From positions 1-60,064 of the IMG/VR virus record IMGVR_UViG_3300043449_001984: DNA of 60,064 nt; one strand, given 5' to 3'. Positions 22,739 to 32,564 of this stretch are shown here, in pieces. Source of the DNA: a virus (lineage: Duplodnaviria; Caudoviricetes). The position numbers and the translations under genes are program-made. The notes beneath the pieces were generated by a model, which saw nothing but the letters and a program-made list of their open reading frames with translations, did no database searches and was not told where the DNA came from. The first letter of the stretch is position 1. Every line of letters starts with the position of its first letter.

Positions 22739-23158
22739 TTATTTTGTTGATCCATTTTTTCTATACTCTTCTGCAATTCTTTTGGCAATATCGTCCATAA
22801 CTACTTCAGTTTTCTTTGCTGGAGAAATTGTAGTATTCCAGATAAGACCTAAAAATGCAGTTAGTATAAATGCAATCATCCCTAATATCAATTTCTTTAC
22901 AAGACGAAATTCGGGTAATTCCAATTCTACGGAATTTAATTTATTATTCAACTTATCTAAAGAATCTTCAATAGAATCTAAGTCTTTTTTATGAGCTAAA
23001 TCATACTTTATCAATTCCAATCTTTCTTTTAATTTAGAAAACGCTTCATTTCCCGATTTAGATTCTTTTTCTAATTCAAGGATTTGTTTTTCTAAATAAG
23101 ATATCTTGGTTTTTATTTCAAAAATATGATCTTTAAGTTCTTGATTTGTTTGAGTCAT
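22739..23158 (-). CDS. coiled-coil protein with one TM helix (possible holin)
   Basis: Heptad-rich N-terminus; LILGMIAFILTAFLGLIW; directly downstream of endolysin. Confidence 0.5.
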   Translation of the reverse strand: MTQTNQELKDHIFEIKTKISYLEKQILELEKESKSGNEAFSKLKERLELIKYDLAHKKDLDSIEDSLDKLNNKLNSVELELPEFRLVKKLILGMIAFILTAFLGLIWNTTISPAKKTEVVMDDIAKRIAEEYRKNGSTK

Positions 23159-23235
23159 ATCCTTATAGCTTGTTGATTTGATCCATCAATACAGGGAAAT
23201 GTCCCAACAATCATAAATAGTTTCTATTATTTATA

Positions 23236-24030
23236 TTATTTTAAAATTGTTAAATATTTGTTAAATCTAACTTTTCTGTCAGTGAGTCCATTACTCCCAC
23301 CATTTATTCTTTTTGTCATTCCAACCAAATCTTTTTTATCACAAAAAGCGTTAATATTATTTACAGACCAAAACCAACACGCTGACATAATACAAATTTT
23401 CTTATCCAACAAAATTAAATCTGGTTTTTCTACCAATCTTAAATCATTAAATAAGAATTTTGAACAATTAATATAATTAGATTTTCCAGTAATTTGAATT
23501 GGACCCCTTCCTCTAAACTTATATCCATCTCCAGAAGCAACGTTACCATTACCTAATCGGTTACCATATACCAAATTAGCAATCATCTGAGGTTTTTTGG
23601 CATATTTTGTTGCAGTGGCAATAGAACCAAAATACTTAGGAAAAGTTTTTCTTAATCCTGCAGCGGAATAATATAAGTTTTCTTGTAAAACGTTATAATC
23701 TTGACTTTCGTGACAAGTTTGAGCTAAAAACCCAGCAACTCTTTCTGGAGTGTTAATACCGTATTGAGGCAATATATTATACATTGCATCAAACCAAATT
23801 TTTTCTTCAGGATTTATTAATATTTTACAGAATTTTTCTTGAGTGAATTTAAACGTATAAGGGTTTTTACTTAATTTGCTAACTTCTTCTTTTGTAACCA
23901 CAATAGTTTCTGTTGGTTTTTTATCAATAACTATCGTTGGAATTTTTTCATCCAATGCATTTTGAATAATTCGCTCTTCGTATGTAGTGGGTCTTTTAAA
24001 CGTTTCTAGTATTTTTGAAAAAATGCTCAT
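23236..24030 (-). CDS. glycoside hydrolase family 19 endolysin
   Basis: FLAQTCHES, ENLYYSA, YGNRLGN, DGYKFRGRGPIQITG.SNY, SACWFW, TKRINGG. Confidence 0.92.
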   Translation of the reverse strand: MSIFSKILETFKRPTTYEERIIQNALDEKIPTIVIDKKPTETIVVTKEEVSKLSKNPYTFKFTQEKFCKILINPEEKIWFDAMYNILPQYGINTPERVAGFLAQTCHESQDYNVLQENLYYSAAGLRKTFPKYFGSIATATKYAKKPQMIANLVYGNRLGNGNVASGDGYKFRGRGPIQITGKSNYINCSKFLFNDLRLVEKPDLILLDKKICIMSACWFWSVNNINAFCDKKDLVGMTKRINGGSNGLTDRKVRFNKYLTILK

Positions 24031-25331
24031 TTTATTTCTATCCAGTTCATTGATGCTCGTAAATTAGTATTAACTCCAGAAATTCTATATGCAATCAAGG
24101 CTAAAATTTGACTATCTGTTGAATCGTAATTTTGATATATTGAACTCGTTATATTGTTAATTATATTAGTTTCTACTGCACCGGATTTATTTCCTTGACT
24201 TCCTGTCGCAAATCCATCAGAAAAACAAGTATATTCATTAGCAGAATCCCATCCATTATTTAAAGCAAAATTAGTAATATATTCACACCATCCATATCCA
24301 GGAACACTAGTAAAAACAGTATTAGCATTTGCTAAGTAAGATTTTCCAGGTAAGACTACAAGTTTATATTGAACATCTTGATCAGTAACAATAGTATAAT
24401 CTTTTAACCTTGCAAACGAATGATTTGGTTTATTTACCAAAGTATTTTTTAATCTTATACCCAAAACTCCGTACGCAGTATTTATTAATGGATTGGTATT
24501 TGCAGTTAAAGTTATTAAAGTACCATCGGTACTTGTTGATCGAGTAAAACCAGATTCTAAATCCGCTCCTTCGCAATAAACAGAACCACATATAACCATC
24601 AATTGAGAATTGCTTGAAGAAATTCCTTTATTTTCAATTTCCCATCTACAAGGTAATGAAGGTTGGTGCATATAAACTTCAGTTACTTTATTAGAATGCG
24701 TAAATTGATGGCAATAATAAACAATACCATCAATTACAAATCCAACTCTTACTCTTCCGACACCCAACCATTGATAATCCACCACTAGAATTTGAGATTT
24801 TGTCCAATCTATTGTAATCCCTGATTGATTATATTCATCCATAGAACCATCAAACCGTTCTATATTCCAATTAGTTAAATCAACTATTTGTTCTGAAGTA
24901 TTAGCAGTAGTATAATCGGCACATTTTCTTATAACAACTTGTGGCGTAGTTCCATTCATTCTGAAAAATATGCCATTATAATCATCAAATAAACCAACTG
25001 ATTGAGAAACGTTTGCTTTTGGAGAATTTAAAGTAAATGTTAAAAATCCTAAATTGGATGTTCCTGCAATGTAAGGATGATATTGTTTTGATTGTCTAAC
25101 AACTCTATCTCCAGAAGATGTTCCAACGTTTGCCAAAAAACAATTTCTATTATGATCGGCAACTAATGTTCCGCTTCCTACGATTTTATCGTTAAATTGT
25201 GCTGATGCACCAGATCCATACATATATCTATATTCACCAAGCAACCTTGCATCTGCAGTTCTTAATCTACTAAAAGCAGTTAAATTTGGGCTATCATTAT
25301 ATGAAATTTTTGTATCGTAAATAAAAGTCAT
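24027..25331 (-). CDS. putative virion structural protein (beta-rich)
   Basis: AFSRLR, DYQWLGVGRVRVG, PSLPCRWEI; T/N/S/G-rich. Confidence 0.6.
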   Translation of the reverse strand: MTFIYDTKISYNDSPNLTAFSRLRTADARLLGEYRYMYGSGASAQFNDKIVGSGTLVADHNRNCFLANVGTSSGDRVVRQSKQYHPYIAGTSNLGFLTFTLNSPKANVSQSVGLFDDYNGIFFRMNGTTPQVVIRKCADYTTANTSEQIVDLTNWNIERFDGSMDEYNQSGITIDWTKSQILVVDYQWLGVGRVRVGFVIDGIVYYCHQFTHSNKVTEVYMHQPSLPCRWEIENKGISSSNSQLMVICGSVYCEGADLESGFTRSTSTDGTLITLTANTNPLINTAYGVLGIRLKNTLVNKPNHSFARLKDYTIVTDQDVQYKLVVLPGKSYLANANTVFTSVPGYGWCEYITNFALNNGWDSANEYTCFSDGFATGSQGNKSGAVETNIINNITSSIYQNYDSTDSQILALIAYRISGVNTNLRASMNWIEIK

Positions 25332-25332
25332 T

Positions 25333-26112
25333 TTAAACTATCCACCAAGAATTATTTTTATAAATTAATTGTAACGAAGCATATTTAACTCTTATTTCTG
25401 CTCCATTTATATCGCCATCAATCATTCCATTTATATGTATAGGTGTTAAATGGGCGTGACCAGAAATATCTTTAATAATCACTCTTCTTTCATCGTGCGC
25501 AGGAGGAAGATTTATATATGTTTTAACTGAAGGATTTACCAATAAACAATAATCTTTTCTATTCATAGTGTAATCAGAATTAACTTCTTTTATTGGATAG
25601 GAAAGAGTTATTGCATCAGATGCACCTCCACCTGGTCCTGTCATTGAAATTTTAGAAACCCAATCTTCAAGAAATTTTAATTTATCTTGCAATACTTTAA
25701 TAGAAGGGTCTGATTTTATTGAATTTGGTTGATTGAATAAATCGGTATGTTCTTTTACAGATTTTATTTTTTCTTCTTTATTAATTGAATCAATAGTAGC
25801 AGAAATTAAATCTATATGTTCAAATATAGTTACTGGTTCTTCTACAACTTCTTCTATTATTTCTTTTTGTTCTTTTTGTATTTCTTGACTAGTTTGTTCC
25901 AGTAAATCAAATAAACCAATTTGTAGATTTAATTTTGTGGTTTCTTTTCTTTGTTCCAGCAAAGACTTTTTGAATTGTAAAACTTTATTGTTTTCAATTT
26001 CCGCTTTTAATTCTTCTGAAATTTGGTCCAGAAATGTTGAAGAGTTGGAATATTCCAACTCTTCGGCTTTCTTTTTTAGCTTGTTCTTGAAAACTTCACT
26101 AAAATCCGACAT
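25333..26112 (-). CDS. hypothetical late/structural protein
   Basis: Coiled-coil N-terminus, GPGGG linker, C-terminal LP...IIKD...ID beta module. Confidence 0.55.
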   Translation of the reverse strand: MSDFSEVFKNKLKKKAEELEYSNSSTFLDQISEELKAEIENNKVLQFKKSLLEQRKETTKLNLQIGLFDLLEQTSQEIQKEQKEIIEEVVEEPVTIFEHIDLISATIDSINKEEKIKSVKEHTDLFNQPNSIKSDPSIKVLQDKLKFLEDWVSKISMTGPGGGASDAITLSYPIKEVNSDYTMNRKDYCLLVNPSVKTYINLPPAHDERRVIIKDISGHAHLTPIHINGMIDGDINGAEIRVKYASLQLIYKNNSWWIV

Positions 26113-26113
26113 A

Positions 26114-26530
26114 TTATTTTAATTCACGAAGTTTATATATCGTAGAAGTACAAAGATCTGAAATCTCGTCAATAATATTTTGAATTTCTGAATCATCGGT
26201 AATATTTTGGCGATTGGTATCGATCCATTGTAATAAATTTGCTACAATTGCCAACCCATCGTTATTTTGTGGAATTTTTACATTTGGCATAGATTCAAAT
26301 TTACCATATCTTCCAATAAATGCTTCTGCAAATTTATCAACCAAAGGAATAATACCATCATAAAAAGTATTACTTGCCATATGAGCAGCATAACTAGATG
26401 TCGCTAGATGAAAAATATGCATTGCAGTTGCAGCTTGGCGGCATTGAAGAAATAGTTCGGCTGCTTTTTGTTTTCCAGTTCCCACTGTACCTTGGTTTAA
26501 GGCTTCTTTTAATTCTTTATAACTAACCAT
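26114..26530 (-). CDS. ferritin/Dps-like protein (DUF5856-like)
   Basis: HIFHL.T.SYAAH.A...FYD.....DKFAE...GRYG; NIIDEI...YKL. Confidence 0.75.
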   Translation of the reverse strand: MVSYKELKEALNQGTVGTGKQKAAELFLQCRQAATAMHIFHLATSSYAAHMASNTFYDGIIPLVDKFAEAFIGRYGKFESMPNVKIPQNNDGLAIVANLLQWIDTNRQNITDDSEIQNIIDEISDLCTSTIYKLRELK

Positions 26531-26543
26531 TTGTAAAAATCCT

Positions 26544-26750
26544 CTATTTTTGTGGTGGTTTTCTTGTAAACATTTTCATTACAGGAGTCTTTGGTTTTGG
26601 GAAGTCAGACTTTCTTTTTGTAGTTGTTGTAACTCCAGCAGGAACTCCTGGTTCTCCTTGCGGACCAACGCCAGCTCCAGCAATATGCCCAGTCCCCACA
26701 ACGCTGGCACCCGCTGACATTTCTTCCGTAAATTCTTTAAAACTTTTCAT
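26544..26750 (-). CDS. small putative internal head protein
   Basis: MKSFKEFTEE; Gly-rich IAG...GEPGV. Confidence 0.65.
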   Translation of the reverse strand: MKSFKEFTEEMSAGASVVGTGHIAGAGVGPQGEPGVPAGVTTTTKRKSDFPKPKTPVMKMFTRKPPQK

Positions 26751-27133
26751 ATTTGTCTAAGTATATTTGCTATAACAAAATCTATTGGTATTTCAGATGA
26801 AATAATTGTCGTTCCTTCAACGTTATATATTTTTTCTGGCATATAATTTAAATATATAAGAAAAGTTTTTAGTGCAGAATAGTTATTTGGTTTTAGTCGA
26901 AAAAACAACATCTTCGTACACGCTTCTGTTTCAAATACATTATACGTCATAATAATATGATTTAATATTAACCTTTCTTTTAATACGCCATAAGTTCTAT
27001 ATTTCTGAATTAAACTTTTAATATATTTAATTCTTCTAATATCAGAAAAAAATTCTTCTTCAATATAATGCGGCGAAATATAATTATTCGCCGCAAACAA
27101 TAAAAAATTTTCGCTAGTCAAATTATAATTCAT
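26747..27133 (-). CDS. conserved T4-like hypothetical protein (DUF7207-like)
   Basis: L..ENFLLFA...Y..P....EEF..D..R.KY; ERLILNH; LKTFL.YLN. Confidence 0.75.
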   Translation of the reverse strand: MNYNLTSENFLLFAANNYISPHYIEEEFFSDIRRIKYIKSLIQKYRTYGVLKERLILNHIIMTYNVFETEACTKMLFFRLKPNNYSALKTFLIYLNYMPEKIYNVEGTTIISSEIPIDFVIANILRQI

Positions 27134-27139
27134 TAAATT

Positions 27140-27535
27140 TTATTTTTTGACTACCTCGGCATCAACAACATATTTTCCATTTACTAATTCAAATTTAAAT
27201 TTAAAAATATGATGTTCGTCAAATTCACCAAAAGGCTTCGTAACATTTCTATGATTTTCCCCAGAACTCTTGTGGGTTGAAATCGGAATATTTATAGATC
27301 CCTTCTTTGCAAAAGTTCCTTCCACTTTCCCGAGTTCTATACTATACATAGATAAAACCTTTCTGATTTTATCAAATGCTTCTCCTAAATCGGAAAATCC
27401 GATTGAAGTTGCAATAGAAAGGTTCTTATTAATTTCATTAACAGTTTCAGGATCATCAAGATCAACCTTAGTTTTTTCTATAGAAACTATAGGAGCGTTG
27501 TAATTTTCCAACACAAATTCCTTAAACTTTTTCAT
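27140..27535 (-). CDS. putative internal head protein
   Basis: MKKFKEFVLE N-terminus. Confidence 0.65.
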   Translation of the reverse strand: MKKFKEFVLENYNAPIVSIEKTKVDLDDPETVNEINKNLSIATSIGFSDLGEAFDKIRKVLSMYSIELGKVEGTFAKKGSINIPISTHKSSGENHRNVTKPFGEFDEHHIFKFKFELVNGKYVVDAEVVKK

Positions 27536-27538
27536 TTA

Positions 27539-28048
27539 TTATACACCAGTAAAATATGGTAATCCAGAATTTGCATCGTTTACAGTGGGTTCTGATAATG
27601 TAACTAGAGTTTCTGATTGAACTCTACCCATTCTACCACCAGGAACTACTGTCAATACCAAGCCACCATTATTTGCAGAAGAACCAGCTGATACCGTTGG
27701 AGCAGATTCATATCCTGCACCCACAACGTTCATCGCGACAGAAACTTGGTTTCCGTTTAGAACTACAAGTTGGCCATTTGCAGCAGTTGTATTTGTTCCA
27801 GTAAATGTTAAATACGCATTAGCATAAGTTAAAGTAGAACTTACATTTGCAACTTCCACTCCTTTAACAAATCCAGATCCCTGAGTAATTTTAACCCAAC
27901 CTTGGTGAGCAACTGCTTCACCATCGCCAAAAGTAGCATTTGCTAATCTTGATGCGTTTACCAGATAAACGTCAGTATTTCCTGGATGATTTGTTTGTAA
28001 GTATTTTGGTTCGTTATTAGCGAAATCTATTTTGCCCCATTCAGACAT
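27539..28048 (-). CDS. putative virion structural protein
   Basis: MSEWG..D...PKYL; HQGWV; GRVQSETLV; TATAAATA at 28091-28098. Confidence 0.65.
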   Translation of the reverse strand: MSEWGKIDFANNEPKYLQTNHPGNTDVYLVNASRLANATFGDGEAVAHQGWVKITQGSGFVKGVEVANVSSTLTYANAYLTFTGTNTTAANGQLVVLNGNQVSVAMNVVGAGYESAPTVSAGSSANNGGLVLTVVPGGRMGRVQSETLVTLSEPTVNDANSGLPYFTGV

Positions 28049-28090
28049 AGTTTTTACCCTTTATAATTGAAATTGAAAAGAAATATATAA

Positions 28091-28098
28091 TATTTATA
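28091..28098 (-). promoter_or_regulatory. T4-type late promoter
   Basis: TATAAATA. Confidence 0.65.
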
Positions 28099-28110
28099 AA
28101 TAACTGGTTT

Positions 28111-28833
28111 TTAAGTTTGTAATCTGGTCGTTGATGATATCGTTGGATTAATTTCAATCACATTAGTATTTGCACTATTTCCAGTCATAGTTTTTTGTAT
28201 TTCAAATTCTTGAGCATTAGCTTGATCTCGCTCTTTCATTTGTTTACTTTTGTTTAGTAATTTATCTACTTGATTCATTTCTTTCTCTAGTAATTTGGTT
28301 GATTGATTTTCAACATCTTCAAATCTTTTTAAAGCCATCTTTCCGTGTATTTCATACCCTTTTGGTAATCTCATTGAAACGTGTCTAGTTCCGTGACCAG
28401 GTATATCTTTATGAAACTTTTTTGTTAAAGGGTTTGGTGCTTTGAAACCTCTATGTCTTGGTGATCCACTTTTTGATTTTGGTAACTTGTAACTCATTGA
28501 ATAGCCTTTATTTATCAAATCAACTATTCTTTTCTTTTTTGACATATGGGCAGGATTCATTTTATGAAAATTGTGCAAATCATATTGTCTTGGTTGGACA
28601 TCTTTTGATTCTTGGACTGAAGAATTTTGTATATTTTTATCAATGGTTTTTTTAATTTTTCTTAATCCCTTAAATTGTTTATATGCTTGTGTTCTAGCAA
28701 TCTTATCTATTTGTTTTTCATTCATTTTAGTCCAATCTAATCCAATATATCGAATATATTTTCTTAGAGGAGTTAATCTTCTAGCTTCTTCTTTAAAATA
28801 ATATTTTTCTAAAATTTTGTTTTTGAATGACAT
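28111..28833 (-). CDS. basic hypothetical protein
   Basis: 240-aa ORF; MSFKNKILE. Confidence 0.6.
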   Translation of the reverse strand: MSFKNKILEKYYFKEEARRLTPLRKYIRYIGLDWTKMNEKQIDKIARTQAYKQFKGLRKIKKTIDKNIQNSSVQESKDVQPRQYDLHNFHKMNPAHMSKKKRIVDLINKGYSMSYKLPKSKSGSPRHRGFKAPNPLTKKFHKDIPGHGTRHVSMRLPKGYEIHGKMALKRFEDVENQSTKLLEKEMNQVDKLLNKSKQMKERDQANAQEFEIQKTMTGNSANTNVIEINPTISSTTRLQT

Positions 28834-28835
28834 AA

Positions 28836-29744
28836 TCAGCCTTTAAAAAGAATTTTTTTAATTCTTGTTGGTAATTGCTTAGTTCTATTAACATCTTGGT
28901 CTTTCTCAAAATTTTTCATTCTATTTGGATTTTTCTTTTGTGAAAAAACGTATCCGTGATGATTTTGTATATCGTCACCAACTTGAGGACTATTTTGTAC
29001 ACCGCCCATCATTCCAGTATCAATAGGATTTGGAGAATCAATAGCTTCTTTGGCAAATGTATATGTTTGTATTAAATTAGTATCGCCAGTTTCTCTTGTA
29101 TCAAAAGTTTGTGTAAGTCCAGTTTTTGGTATTAAATTTCCAATAACTTTTTGAGTATCAGATTTTTTTACTTTTTTCGTTTCTTTATCTTGTTTAAATT
29201 TATTGTATAATCCGTTCGTTTCTTCAAATAATTTATTTCTAAATTTATTAATAAAAGGGTCTATGTCAATTTCAGCAAATAATTCTAAATTATTTGAAAA
29301 TATTTCTATATCCAGTTGTTTATTGATTTTTTGTAATTGATCTTGGATTTCCGTAGATTCTAGTAAATAACTATTATCAAAAATATAAACAGTTTCAAAT
29401 ATAACTTTAAATTTATTAAGGTTTTCTTTTGATTCAATCAATCTTGTTATTCTCAGATTTTCATCAATATCTCTATTGGATAATCTCTCTTTTGATATAC
29501 TATTAGATACATCAACATAAATCATAAATGTATTATAATTTAAGTTTTCAAATAGTTTTTGAGCTTCTTTTATCTTATCAAAAGAATATGCATTTGCGGT
29601 CACAACAACATTTTCTTCGAATAATTTTATATTCTTTATTTGTTCTATGTTATACTCTTTAACATTGCGGTTAACTAATGATTCTTTGATAATTATATCT
29701 TTGCCGGAACCTGGTCCACCAACTAGGAATATTACATTTTTCAT
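28836..29744 (-). CDS. P-loop kinase (zeta/AAA_33-like)
   Basis: VIFLVGGPGSGKD Walker A; MIYVDV....S.ER...R lid. Confidence 0.7.
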   Translation of the reverse strand: MKNVIFLVGGPGSGKDIIIKESLVNRNVKEYNIEQIKNIKLFEENVVVTANAYSFDKIKEAQKLFENLNYNTFMIYVDVSNSISKERLSNRDIDENLRITRLIESKENLNKFKVIFETVYIFDNSYLLESTEIQDQLQKINKQLDIEIFSNNLELFAEIDIDPFINKFRNKLFEETNGLYNKFKQDKETKKVKKSDTQKVIGNLIPKTGLTQTFDTRETGDTNLIQTYTFAKEAIDSPNPIDTGMMGGVQNSPQVGDDIQNHHGYVFSQKKNPNRMKNFEKDQDVNRTKQLPTRIKKILFKG

Positions 29745-31660
29745 ATACTTAGTATCTGTTTTACTTTATAAAATAAACTTTCTGAAACTGGTTTAGATCT
29801 TTTTTTAATAGTTTTCATCAATTCTTGAGCATCTTCATCAGAATAATCTGGATGTAAAAGTTTTTTAAATTCTGCAACGTGAGAAGGGTTATTATGATCT
29901 AATTTCTTTGCAGCGTTTCTCATAACTGAACCAGAAACTGTTCCTCTTTCGTTTGGAACAAAATTAGTTGATTCATAATCCATTCTCAAATCTCCACCTC
30001 TTGTTGATCCATCTGGATTAGTAGACTGTGGAAATCTTGTTTTATTGTATTTATCAACCAGCGATTTATATCCTTCCAACGATCCACCAGCAGAAGATTT
30101 ATTTTTTATACCTTCTTCTCCAGAGCCAGCTATGACAGTTAAATGAACTTTTCTTCCTGGTTTTTTCAAACTATGCCAAGTGTGTACTAATGCTTTTTGT
30201 GGGTTAGATGTATGTCTTTCATTTCCAGGAATAAAAGAATCAGCTTTCTCTGGGTATAGTTTTTTTAGTTGAGCAACTTTCTCATCTACAGTTAAAGGAT
30301 CTTTATCTGTGGTTTGCTCTTTTGATGATGGACCCATCACATATACTCTATGTGAATCCGCTGGAGTATTAAAAATTTTTGATAAAAGTTTATGATGTTC
30401 TACAGTTGGTCCAGTAAATCTACCCGCACCAAAAACAACGTGATGATGCTCATCTTCTGATTCTTTTACTATTGAAGTTGGGTTATTTTCGGTTTCTGTA
30501 GAAGGGATAGTAGTCGATTTTTTTGACATTTTAAATTTCTTTGGATTATTTTCATCATAATATTCAGCTTTTTGTTGATCAGTTTTTTGTTGTCTGGCCA
30601 GAGCTTCACCGGGGAAATGTCTGGCCATAAAATCGTAAGCATTTTGTTTTACTTTTTTATCAGTATCCCTATCAACACTTGTTTCTTGTGCAGTTGGATG
30701 CCAAAGTTTATTTACAAAAGCATCGAACACTTTTCCGTGGTGTTCCTGTGGAATATGTTTTTTGATATGATCAACTAGTCCACCAGTATGATGAATATCA
30801 GCAATATCTTGTTCGCTTGCGTCTCTATTAAATAAAGTCTTATAAATTGTTGGAAGATCTTTAGTATACTCTGACTCGCTTGGAGATTTTTCTCTTACAA
30901 CATCTTTACCATTTTCTTCTCCAACTTTTTCCCATTTTTGTCTTAAACCTTTATCAACGGAAAAAGTGTTTGGGTTGTAATTACCTTCTTCCCTAGTTTC
31001 GGCTCTTGCTTTACCTCTACCAGTCATTTTGGAAATTAGACCTGGTTTTTGACCAGCAGCAGTAATGCTTTGTAATAGATATTTATGGTGGACGCCTTTT
31101 AAACCTTGTTCTAAATCGTTAATATGACTATTATGTGCAAATCTTTCGTATGGTGTCGGTTCTTGTGTTTTTGGATCATATTCAACTGGTTCAAAATCTA
31201 TTTGATGATGTTGTCCAGTTCCTAAATGTTGCACAACTGCGTGTGTTTGGCTACCACTATTTCTGACGTGGGCCACTTTAAATTGACCGTGCACTTGTCC
31301 AGGTTGTAGATATTGATTTAATTTTTCTCTGTGTTCTTGGGGAATTTGTACATCAAAATCTCCCATTGTAGGTTTTGCTTTTGCAAATCTTTCGTGGGAT
31401 ATATTTGGGTCCATATATCCTTCAGCTGAACCGGAAGCAAATCTATTATTTGTTAAAGCGTTGCCAAAAAGATTATGACCGTGTTTTTGTTTAAATCCGG
31501 TATCAAGAGAATTAAAAAATTCTTTGAAATGTCCTTGTTGTTCAGCTCTTCTTGATGAATCTATCGAATCTGATACCCTATTTCCTTTTGATGGATCGTT
31601 TGGGTCGTGAGGAAATGGTAAATTTCCACCCTCAGCTAAAAATTTTTTAAACCTTAACAT
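29741..31660 (-). CDS. fusion: Pol-beta-type nucleotidyltransferase + HIGH-class cytidylyltransferase-like domain, capsid-targeting N-terminus
   Basis: Start MLRFKKFLAEGGN; SGSA...MGDFDV...QIDFE; GAGRFTGPTVEHHKL, DPL...K, VIAGS, SGSVMR. Confidence 0.7.
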   Translation of the reverse strand: MLRFKKFLAEGGNLPFPHDPNDPSKGNRVSDSIDSSRRAEQQGHFKEFFNSLDTGFKQKHGHNLFGNALTNNRFASGSAEGYMDPNISHERFAKAKPTMGDFDVQIPQEHREKLNQYLQPGQVHGQFKVAHVRNSGSQTHAVVQHLGTGQHHQIDFEPVEYDPKTQEPTPYERFAHNSHINDLEQGLKGVHHKYLLQSITAAGQKPGLISKMTGRGKARAETREEGNYNPNTFSVDKGLRQKWEKVGEENGKDVVREKSPSESEYTKDLPTIYKTLFNRDASEQDIADIHHTGGLVDHIKKHIPQEHHGKVFDAFVNKLWHPTAQETSVDRDTDKKVKQNAYDFMARHFPGEALARQQKTDQQKAEYYDENNPKKFKMSKKSTTIPSTETENNPTSIVKESEDEHHHVVFGAGRFTGPTVEHHKLLSKIFNTPADSHRVYVMGPSSKEQTTDKDPLTVDEKVAQLKKLYPEKADSFIPGNERHTSNPQKALVHTWHSLKKPGRKVHLTVIAGSGEEGIKNKSSAGGSLEGYKSLVDKYNKTRFPQSTNPDGSTRGGDLRMDYESTNFVPNERGTVSGSVMRNAAKKLDHNNPSHVAEFKKLLHPDYSDEDAQELMKTIKKRSKPVSESLFYKVKQILSI

Positions 31661-32537
31661 TTCCTTCTTCCTTTTGTTTTGCTTTAAATTCTTTAAATTG
31701 TGGAGATTGAATCTTAAATCTCCCGGTATCAGTATGGAAAACGTCCCCTTCAGATTCTCCAGCAACTTCCCAAGGTCTTGGTTTTATATTTGCAGTATGG
31801 TTTGCTAATTTCTTTTCTAAGGAAGATTTTATTCTAGCAAGTTTCTCTTCTTCTTGGGATCTATAATCTTTGTGTTCAGCTTTTCTTGATTTTAATACAT
31901 CCGGATTTATTGTAGAATACAATTTACTCTCATCCGACGCATCAATATTAAAATCCGAATTTTCTGATCTATCGTGATCAAAGGTAACGTGTTTATCACC
32001 AAGAGTCGCTATATGATTTGGATCGTGGCAAGAATTTTCTGGTAATTTGTGATGCATAATAAACATACCAGAATGTCCCATTGCCGCAGGATTATATGAA
32101 GTATTTACAAACTTTATGCCTTTATCTGTTTGTTGCCCTAATCCTCGAAGAAAAAACTCTCCTTTAACAGAAGCAGGTTGCCCAGCTTCGTGTTTACTTT
32201 TTAGATAATTAACTAGAGCTTTATTGTTTTGTAATTTATGGTGCATATCATCATATTGGTCTGATATAGAAGTATCTGCATCTTCCCCTCTTTTATTTCT
32301 TGTATATGCAGAATATTCTCCAGGATTTCTTATTTTATCAGATCTTGCTGATCTTGTGTAAAATCCGTTTTCGTCGTAACCAACCTCGCCAGCAGCCCCA
32401 TCGGTTTTCCTTGTCGAAGAACCTGATAATGTTCCTGTTTTTAACAATTCTCCCAAACTAGAATGATCTAATTTTGAAAGATGTTCTAATCCTTGTCGAA
32501 GTTTTTGTTCGGAAATAAAATTCTTAAATGATAGCAT
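31647..32537 (-). CDS. ligase-fold nucleotidyltransferase-like protein (DUF6267-like), capsid-targeting N-terminus
   Basis: MLSFKNFISE; GLEHL; KTDG (motif I); VKGEF; SEGDV; RFKI. Confidence 0.6.
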   Translation of the reverse strand: MLSFKNFISEQKLRQGLEHLSKLDHSSLGELLKTGTLSGSSTRKTDGAAGEVGYDENGFYTRSARSDKIRNPGEYSAYTRNKRGEDADTSISDQYDDMHHKLQNNKALVNYLKSKHEAGQPASVKGEFFLRGLGQQTDKGIKFVNTSYNPAAMGHSGMFIMHHKLPENSCHDPNHIATLGDKHVTFDHDRSENSDFNIDASDESKLYSTINPDVLKSRKAEHKDYRSQEEEKLARIKSSLEKKLANHTANIKPRPWEVAGESEGDVFHTDTGRFKIQSPQFKEFKAKQKEEGNVKV

Positions 32538-32564
32538 AAATTAAATAAACTAATTATTAATTAG

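Noticed and set aside
31661-31765. N-terminal extension of ORF 29741-31765
   Set aside because: Overlaps the upstream gene; ATG at 31660 has AGGA and gives the capsid-targeting motif
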